A DNA stretch of 64,000 bases, from contig JAGGWK010000016.1 of the NCBI GenBank assembly GCA_021157525.1, positions 1,836 to 65,835 on the forward strand. The letters run 5' to 3'. The notes beneath the pieces were generated by a model. It had not been told where the DNA came from. It did not search any database and saw only the letters and a program-made list of their open reading frames with translations. This stretch comes from Candidatus Cloacimonadota bacterium. Lineage in GTDB: Bacteria; Cloacimonadota; Cloacimonadia; Cloacimonadales; TCS61. Shown one piece after another: positions 9,732-16,874 of this stretch (positions within the stretch are counted from its first letter, which is position 1; each line of letters starts with the position of its first letter). Position numbers and translations under genes: made by a program.

Positions 9732-10271
9732 ATGAAACGAATATTAGGGCTCGCGATTATTCTGCTTTTTTGGGTATCTCTCTGTAATGCTCTCTCCGAT
9801 ACCCGCATTACCTTCTTTGATGGCACAGTAAAACTGGCGCCCATGCTGTGGGTTAATGACTCCCTGCTCTATGTGTGGAATGGTCCTGAAACCATCAATC
9901 TTGCCGATGAACAGTTCTGCAAGGCCTTCTATCTCAAGGATATAGCCCAGTTGCGTATTAGTTCGGGGAAGAGCTATTTTACCTGCTTCAAAGAGCTGTC
10001 CTACGTTACTTTCCCGGCAGTCGCTGCCTTCATCATAGTAGATGCAGAAGATTTTGACCCCTCTTTTTTGTTTGGCGCCATCATCATCAGCTCGGTAGCA
10101 AATCTGGTATTATCCCCCTTCAGCTATTTCATCCAGTCGATTCCCCAATATATCGATCGCCCGGTGGAAATTCCTGGTGCTTATCTCATGGAAAAATACG
10201 GAAAGCACTTTTATATCAAGCAGGATGCAACAGCGGACATTGCCCGACTGGAATCCATAGCAAAGCCCTGA
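9732..10271 (+). CDS. hypothetical membrane protein
   Basis: ATG 9732 gives a signal-like N-terminus (MKRILGLAIILLFWVSLCNA) and there are two C-terminal hydrophobic helices. No family was recognised. Confidence 0.5.
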   Translation: MKRILGLAIILLFWVSLCNALSDTRITFFDGTVKLAPMLWVNDSLLYVWNGPETINLADEQFCKAFYLKDIAQLRISSGKSYFTCFKELSYVTFPAVAAFIIVDAEDFDPSFLFGAIIISSVANLVLSPFSYFIQSIPQYIDRPVEIPGAYLMEKYGKHFYIKQDATADIARLESIAKP

Positions 10272-10315
10272 GCCCATCCAGAAAAAAGGAAAGATGTGAA
10301 GTAAGGAATTACAAC

Positions 10316-10349
10316 AAAAAAACTTCCGCCGTTTATCCAACGCCGGAGG
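10316..10349 (-). terminator. intrinsic terminator for the minus-strand NifX-like/DUF5320 pair
   Basis: On the minus strand the sequence reads CCTCCGGCG-loop-CGGCGGAAG followed by TTTTTTT (the plus-strand A-run at 10316-10322). Confidence 0.65.
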
Positions 10350-10476
10350 TTCTAAAAATCTGCAAAGTATCCATCGCCCTCGATAGCACGAGTGGAGAAT
10401 AAATAGAGCACTAGAGCATATTTCCGTTTCCGTTACCGTAATCAGGTCACTTCATAACACCTTTGCACTCTGTAAT

Positions 10477-10869
10477 CTACAACATCAGAAAGTCTCTTGC
10501 TTCTCCTTTCTCCCATTCTGCTCGAATCAGCGGGAAATTTTCAGAGATTTTGACAACCCCTTCCTGAAGGGTTTTTTCTTTTAGCAGGATGCATTGAAAT
10601 TTCTTTTTGATCCGTTGTATATTTGGGCCGAATACTTTTGAGACAGCCACAGATACTTCTTCTTGTTGCAGAAGAGTGCTGATGCTTTTTGCTTTTTCGG
10701 GATCAGCATGAATGTCATCCTCTTCTTCAGTCGTGTTTTCAATTTTTTTTATTAGTGTGGCACCCTCAGCATTAATTTCATAAATATGATAATAATCTGC
10801 ATCACCAAAGTGATCACTCATAAAACTCTCCCCATCATTTGTCGCAAATGCTACCTTTAAACTATCCAT
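10477..10869 (-). CDS. NifB/NifX-like (dinitrogenase FeMo-cofactor binding domain family) protein
   Basis: KVAFATNDGESFMSDHFGDADYYHIYEI matches the conserved N-terminal signature of the NifX/NifB-C/DUF-type small proteins of anaerobes. GGAGG lies 5 nt before ATG 10869. Confidence 0.75.
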   Translation of the reverse strand: MDSLKVAFATNDGESFMSDHFGDADYYHIYEINAEGATLIKKIENTTEEEDDIHADPEKAKSISTLLQQEEVSVAVSKVFGPNIQRIKKKFQCILLKEKTLQEGVVKISENFPLIRAEWEKGEARDFLML

Positions 10870-10942
10870 ATTTTCCTCCAATTCCATTTAAAAAAAATTG
10901 GGCAGAAGATTATCTCAAATCTTCCGCCCAAGGTGTTCTCTG

Positions 10943-11101
10943 TTACTTCCGTCTTGTAGTGCCTTGTCCGGCTCCCTGGCCCCTGCCTTTTCCTTGACCG
11001 GTGCCAATGCCGCTTCCCATGGGATTGCCTGCGGCTTTTCCTAAACCACGTCCTGTTCTTGGGCCTTTTCCATCCGGCCCTGTTCCATCGCCTCTTGGCA
11101 T
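10943..11101 (-). CDS. small glycine-rich protein (52 aa), DUF5320-like; absent from the ORF track because it is under 60 aa
   Basis: My hand translation of the minus strand gives MPRGDGTGPDGKGPRTGRGLGKAAGNPMGSGIGTGQGKGRGQGAGQGTTRRK. GGAGG lies 5 nt upstream. The MPRGDGTGP... opening is what I recall for DUF5320 proteins, which commonly neighbour NifX-like genes. Confidence 0.6.
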   Translation of the reverse strand: MPRGDGTGPDGKGPRTGRGLGKAAGNPMGSGIGTGQGKGRGQGAGQGTTRRK

Positions 11102-11328
11102 GGTAACCTCCTTAATAAGCCAACAGTGGCTTTTTTATCTCACTCGAAAAGAGTTTTTATTTTCAAACTCATCACACAATGAGACAGTATATTGAACCTA
11201 TGTGCAAAAGCAATATCTTTTTTCTCTTCTCCACCACTTTTCTCTATCGGCCATATAAAAACGAGACCCCCACAAAATCCTCTTCACGATTTTTTCCGCC
11301 TCAAAATCCTGCATCCTGTGAGGTGAAC

Positions 11329-11749
11329 ATGAAACAAATAATGATAATTCTCAGTTGTCCGGCCATCGTCGGCTGCAGCCGGCTTTCTCACCGGGAGGTT
11401 ATCAGGATGCAGGGAATTCCCGGCTTTACGCTGCAGCGGATGCCGGGGCATTTCATGCTTTTTGTGGGGGTTGTTGATGATACTATTTATGCCATTCATG
11501 TGCTGTAACGCTATCAGCAGGTGGATGAGAAACTGATAACCAATCGGGTACCAAACCGGGTTTGGTTTATGAGGGCTTCCCACAATTCACAATTCCACAT
11601 TTATGTCTTCCAACCGGAAGCAAAATCTTGACTCCATGGAGGCTCTTTTGCAGATGGATGCCAAAATCACTTCTGGCTATGAGCACTACGATCTGGCGGC
11701 GATGGATCGGTTTGTTGAGGTGCTTCAACACAAAGGGGATGCATCCTGA
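11329..11749 (+). pseudogene. possible decayed gene remnant (NlpC/P60- or DUF1175-like C-terminal fragment?)
   Basis: A 60-codon ORF ending ...PGHFMLFVGVVDDTIYAIHVL stops at TAA 11506-11508. The same frame stays open for a further ~39 codons, and a second frame then reads ...LLQMDAKITSGYEHYDLAAMDRFVEVLQHKGDAS. No intact gene fills 11105-11921. Confidence 0.25.
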
Positions 11750-11921
11750 CAAAGGAAACCTGGTGCTGTGCGAAAGTGCCCAAAGCTTGTCTGAAGCGCA
11801 ATAATAGGAAGGTTTCGGGAGAAATGACAGTCCAATTCCCTAATCCGGCGAATTAAAATATCTTCACCCGCCTCCCATTGGAATAATACTTGCACAGTTA
11901 AGAAGGAATAAAGGGGGCTAT

Positions 11922-14900
11922 ATGAAAAGATTGGTGTGCGCTTTTACAATATTAATTGCGGGTCTGTGTCTTTCGGCTGAGCTGATTACCTTAGATGCAA
12001 ATGGTAACAAACCTCTCATCCAAAGCCATGAAATCTCTCCGACACAATCGATAATCGATTTTAACCTATACAGCTATGACCTTACTACCGAGATTGATAA
12101 CAGCACGGAATTCACCCGCATCTCCTGTCTGGGTGAAGGGGAAACCTACCAGATCGGGATGCCACAGCTTCCTGTCATTACCCGTTTTTTCGCCATTCCC
12201 GCCGGTGCCACCCTTTCGGTGTCTGTGGAGTCTGTTGACACAGAGACCATCACCAACGCAAAAGCCTTCCCCCGGCAACCTGAAAATGCTCAGATATCCG
12301 GAGCAACATCGTTTACTATCGATAATGAATTTTACAGTTCCAATCAGATATTCCCTGCAACCACGGTAGAAGTGGGGGGAAGCGGCATCTTCCGGGATGT
12401 ATCCGTGGCTATGGTTTCTTTCTACCCCTTCCGGTACAATCCCCAAAGCAATAGCATAGAAGTCATTACAAATGCTCAATTGCGGGTGGACATCAGCGAA
12501 GCGGGCAGGGTGATCGAACCACAGCGCAAGATTTCCCGCGCCTTTGAATCAATCTACAAAAAGATGATATTAAATTATGACGACATTTCCCGGGATGCAG
12601 AATATCAGCAACCCTGCTATCTTTTTATCACTCCAGACGATAGCCAGGTTCTTCCGGTGCTGGAAACTCTTACCGACTGGAAACGGCAGATGGGCTGGGA
12701 TGTAACTGTGGCAACAACAGCAGAAACAGGTACCAGTCTCAGTAGCATAAAAAACTATATCCAAAATGCCTATAACTTCTGGGATAATCGCCCCGAATTC
12801 GTTTGCCTGGTTGGCGACGCATCCGGGTCTTATGATATTCCCTGCGGTTTCCAAAATTCGGGAAACAGCGACTATGTTTACACTTTACTGGATGGAAACG
12901 ACCTCTACCCCGAAGTGGCTATTGGCCGCCTTTCCTTCGGCACGGTTTTTGACTTGCAAACAATCGTCAGCAAAATTTTGCAGTATGAAAAAACTCCCTA
13001 CATGGGAAACACCGACTGGTATGAGCACGCTCTCCTGGTGGGGGATACCTCCAGCTCGGGACAATCCTGCATCGACACAAACCTCTATATCAAAAGTGTT
13101 ATCGATTATAATCAGCCCCAATTCGATTTTTACGAAGTCTATAATTCTCCCTTTGTTACTCAGATGACTGCCGCCTTTAATGCCGGAGTAAGCTATTTTA
13201 ATTACCGTGGATATATCGGCATGAGCGGCTGGGGTACCGGTGATGTGAATAATCTTACCAATGGCCTGATGTTGCCTGTTGCCGTCAATCTTACCTGCGG
13301 AACGGGAAATTACTCCAGCGGCACCAGCATGAGTGAAGCCTTCCTTCGGGCCGGAACTCCATCGGCTCCCAAAGGCGGAATTGCCGGTATTGCCACCGCC
13401 ACCTCCTCTACCCATACCACCTTTAATAACAGTGTTTGCGCCGGCATTTTTTCCTCAATATTCTCCGACCATGTAGATAACCTCGGAACTGCTTTGGTGG
13501 GCGGAAAACTCAACATGTACCGCAGTTTTCCCCAGAATCCTTCAAATTGGGTAACAAAATTCTGCCACTGGAACAACCTGATGGGAGATCCGGGTATGAA
13601 GGTGTGGACAGCGGTCCCCGAGCAGATATTTGCAATATCTGAGAGTGAAATTGCCGTAGGCCAGAATTTTTACACCGTAGATGTAACTCACGGTCTGGGC
13701 ATCCCTCTGCAAGATGCCTGGGTTACTCTCTATCGAGAAAGTGATGGTTTTCAGGAGAGTGGCTATACCGATGAGAATGGTCGGATTGTCCTTCCCTGCC
13801 TTACGACCCTGGCCGAAGATTTTACTCTCACCGTTACCGGAAGTAACTGCATTCCCATACAAAATACCATCACTGTTTCTCAGCAAGCCGCCTTCTGCAA
13901 TGTGGAGTCATACAGCATAGATGACGATGGCAATGGTAGTTCCAACGGCAATGGCGATGGGATGATTAATCCCGGAGAAACCATCGAATTGACCATTGAA
14001 CTGCGGAACAGCGGAACCCAGAGTGTATCCGGAGCTTCTGCCGTGCTCAGCACAATTTCTCCCTTAGTCACCATCATCAGCGGAAATGCAGACTTTCCCA
14101 CCATCCCCGCCGGCTCTTCCGCATCCAGTTCTGCTCCCTGCGTGATAGCATTTTCTGCCGACGCCATCGGCGAAACCGATTTCGATGTAGCCATCTCTGA
14201 TAACGGCAACAATAACTGGGCAGATATTTTACAACTCCCGGTGGCCGCACCGCTGCTGCAGGTTACCGATGTGGATGTACTGGACATGGGCAACAACATC
14301 CTCGATCCCGGGGAAACCGCAAACTTGGCTATCACCATTACAAACAGCGGCCCCATGAATGAAACTACTTTGGATGCAGTGTTGCATATTCCCCATACAG
14401 AACTCACCGTGACTGACAGCATCGGCGCCTACAGCGGCATCAATGCCGGAGCTTCTACATCCAATGTTCTTAATACTTTTACGGTGGAGGCAAGTTCGCA
14501 ACTTTATCCGGGGATGCAGATACCTGCCACCCTTACGGTGGAAAACACCAACGGCACAGTGCGAGAGCTCGCCTTTTTGATAGAAATCGGCACCGTAACT
14601 CAGGGAGATCCACTGGGCAGCGATGCCTATGGATACATCTGTTTTGACGATGGCGATATAAACTATGCGGCAGCACCCACCTACGATTGGATTGAAATCG
14701 ACCCCACTTTCGGCGGTGCCGGCTCCCACCTTTCCCTGAACGATTCCGGGGATATGGGCGCCATTACCACCATTAATATGCCCTTTATTTTTATGTTTTA
14801 CGGACAGATCTACGATGACCTTACCATATGCACAAACGGCTGGATAAGCCCGGGTGATAGTGACAACAGAGATTATATGAACTGGCCGGTGCCCGGACCA

Positions 14901-16862
14901 CAGGGGCCTTCACCCATTATCGCCGCCTTCTGGGATGACCTGACCACCTCCGGCGGCCACGTGTGCACCTATCACGACGAAACAGCCCACGTGTTCATCA
15001 TCGAGTGGTCAGACATGAAAAATGATTATGACGGCTCCAGCGGTGAGACCTTCGAGATCATTATTTACGATCCCGCCTACTATCCTACCTCCACCGGGGA
15101 TTGTGAGATTCTGATTCAATACAAGGAATTTAACAATGTGAATGTAGGAACCTACAATGGTTACCACGTTTATCAGGGTCAGTATTGCACGGTGGGAATA
15201 GAGGATGCATCCGGTACGCAGGGATTGCAATACTCCTTTAACAACACCTACCCCACTGCTGCCAAGCCTCTGCAAGACGAATCGGCCATCTTTTTTACCG
15301 TAAACAGCGGCGCAGTTCTTCAGCCACCGGTTATCTCTTTGAGCACAGACAGCCTCTATTTTGCCGTCGATCAAACCGGCACCTATCAGCAGAACTTTAC
15401 CATCGCAAATCTGGGGGAAGCCACAATGATGTACTCCATCGACCGCTACTATGTGGATGGCGGGCAAACCCGGAACTCCGGTGGCCCTGATGACTTTGGG
15501 CACATGTGGTTTGACAGTACCGAGCCTAACGGCCCCGTATTTAATTGGCGGGAACTCCCCACCAGCGCTACGGAGGTTACCTTTGTCCACAATGACCAGG
15601 GCACAGACCTTATGCCCATCGGTTTCGACTTTCCCTTCTACGGCACGAATTATTCGCAGTTCCGCATCAATCCCAATGGATGGATCGGTTTCGGCGATGA
15701 CTGCACTGCCTGGAATAACCTGTCCCTCCCGCATCCTGATGCTCCCCGTCCGGCCATTATGCCCTTCTGGGATGACCTCGATCCCATCACCACGGGTCAT
15801 GTGTATTACCAAAGCTATACCGACAGCCTCATCGTGTGGTTTGATGGTGTAGATCACTACTCGGGTAACTACAACGGCAATTACACCTTTCAGATAATCA
15901 TCTACAGCGATGGTGATATGCGGCTGCAATATCTCACGATGACAGGTGACATAAACAGTGCCACCATCGGCATCCAGAATGAAGATAACAGCGATGAACT
16001 GCAGCTCTCGTACAACACCACCTTTGTGCAGGATAACATGGCCGTGGAGATCAAGCGGGTTGTAGATTGGGCTACCATAAGCCCGGAAAGCGGGATCATT
16101 CCCGGGGGCGAAGCTGCCACAATTGGCGTTCAGGTAGAGCCGCAGATGCTTCTGCTGGGATCCTATATGTGCCGCCTCTCTATCACCTGTAACGATCCTA
16201 ACCAGACCGTGACGTTCCTCCCCGTTGTGATGGATGTGGTGGGGGATATTTCAGCGATTTCTCTTTCCCAAGATGCTGTTGACTTTGGCTCGGTACCTAT
16301 TACTACCACCAGCACAGATACTCTGGTTATCCAAAATTTGGGGACAGCAAACCTGGAGATCAGTGAAATTGCTTGCTCAAATGATGTATTTTCTGTGGCA
16401 CAAACCAGCTACACCATCCTGCCTTACGAAAGTGCAGAATTGTATATCTCATTCGAACCGGTGGAATTGGGCGCTCAGACTGCAGATATCACCATTTTCT
16501 CAAACGATCCCGACGATCCTGAATATGTAATCTCTGCCCAAGGCGTGGGAACCGACAATACCGGATCGGGTAATCCGGTACCGCTGCCTACCGCCTATTA
16601 CCAGAATTACCCCAATCCTTTCAATCCCGAAACCACCCTGGCCTTCAGTCTGGGCGATGCGCAATCGGTGAACCTGAGTATCTTTAATGTAAAAGGGGAA
16701 AAGGTGAAAACCCTTGTTGACGCTGATTTTGCCCCGGGAAGATATGAAATCCTCTGGAACGGCACCGACGCCAAAGGGCGAACCGTTGCCAGTGGTCTTT
16801 ACTTCTCCCGCTTCCAGGCGGGCAGTAAAGTTTCCATAAAGAAAATGATGTTATTAAAATAA
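11922..16862 (+). CDS. giant secreted multidomain protein: gingipain-like peptidase C25 module, CARDB-like Ig domains, two NIDO-like modules, a choice-of-anchor-D-like domain and a T9SS C-terminal sorting domain
   Basis: Signal peptide. C25 propeptide-type segment (GMPQLPVITRFFAIP). C25 core motifs (YLFITPDD, IKNYIQNAY, FVCLVGD, SDYVYT, AIGRLSF, LTCGTGNY). C-terminal YYQNYPNPFNPETT...KKMMLLK. Confidence 0.85.
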   Translation: MKRLVCAFTILIAGLCLSAELITLDANGNKPLIQSHEISPTQSIIDFNLYSYDLTTEIDNSTEFTRISCLGEGETYQIGMPQLPVITRFFAIPAGATLSVSVESVDTETITNAKAFPRQPENAQISGATSFTIDNEFYSSNQIFPATTVEVGGSGIFRDVSVAMVSFYPFRYNPQSNSIEVITNAQLRVDISEAGRVIEPQRKISRAFESIYKKMILNYDDISRDAEYQQPCYLFITPDDSQVLPVLETLTDWKRQMGWDVTVATTAETGTSLSSIKNYIQNAYNFWDNRPEFVCLVGDASGSYDIPCGFQNSGNSDYVYTLLDGNDLYPEVAIGRLSFGTVFDLQTIVSKILQYEKTPYMGNTDWYEHALLVGDTSSSGQSCIDTNLYIKSVIDYNQPQFDFYEVYNSPFVTQMTAAFNAGVSYFNYRGYIGMSGWGTGDVNNLTNGLMLPVAVNLTCGTGNYSSGTSMSEAFLRAGTPSAPKGGIAGIATATSSTHTTFNNSVCAGIFSSIFSDHVDNLGTALVGGKLNMYRSFPQNPSNWVTKFCHWNNLMGDPGMKVWTAVPEQIFAISESEIAVGQNFYTVDVTHGLGIPLQDAWVTLYRESDGFQESGYTDENGRIVLPCLTTLAEDFTLTVTGSNCIPIQNTITVSQQAAFCNVESYSIDDDGNGSSNGNGDGMINPGETIELTIELRNSGTQSVSGASAVLSTISPLVTIISGNADFPTIPAGSSASSSAPCVIAFSADAIGETDFDVAISDNGNNNWADILQLPVAAPLLQVTDVDVLDMGNNILDPGETANLAITITNSGPMNETTLDAVLHIPHTELTVTDSIGAYSGINAGASTSNVLNTFTVEASSQLYPGMQIPATLTVENTNGTVRELAFLIEIGTVTQGDPLGSDAYGYICFDDGDINYAAAPTYDWIEIDPTFGGAGSHLSLNDSGDMGAITTINMPFIFMFYGQIYDDLTICTNGWISPGDSDNRDYMNWPVPGPQGPSPIIAAFWDDLTTSGGHVCTYHDETAHVFIIEWSDMKNDYDGSSGETFEIIIYDPAYYPTSTGDCEILIQYKEFNNVNVGTYNGYHVYQGQYCTVGIEDASGTQGLQYSFNNTYPTAAKPLQDESAIFFTVNSGAVLQPPVISLSTDSLYFAVDQTGTYQQNFTIANLGEATMMYSIDRYYVDGGQTRNSGGPDDFGHMWFDSTEPNGPVFNWRELPTSATEVTFVHNDQGTDLMPIGFDFPFYGTNYSQFRINPNGWIGFGDDCTAWNNLSLPHPDAPRPAIMPFWDDLDPITTGHVYYQSYTDSLIVWFDGVDHYSGNYNGNYTFQIIIYSDGDMRLQYLTMTGDINSATIGIQNEDNSDELQLSYNTTFVQDNMAVEIKRVVDWATISPESGIIPGGEAATIGVQVEPQMLLLGSYMCRLSITCNDPNQTVTFLPVVMDVVGDISAISLSQDAVDFGSVPITTTSTDTLVIQNLGTANLEISEIACSNDVFSVAQTSYTILPYESAELYISFEPVELGAQTADITIFSNDPDDPEYVISAQGVGTDNTGSGNPVPLPTAYYQNYPNPFNPETTLAFSLGDAQSVNLSIFNVKGEKVKTLVDADFAPGRYEILWNGTDAKGRTVASGLYFSRFQAGSKVSIKKMMLLK

Positions 16863-16874
16863 GTAGGAGCGAAT

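Noticed and set aside
11001-11195. 64-aa plus-strand Pro-rich ORF
   Set aside because: It is the mirror image of the Gly-rich minus-strand DUF5320-like ORF, which has a proper RBS and a family-typical N-terminus.
15009-15929. 306-aa minus-strand ORF, and the similar ORFs 12885-13415, 13880-14422 and 14229-14729
   Set aside because: They are antisense shadows inside the 1646-aa C25 gene, whose frame is supported by domain motifs and the T9SS tail.
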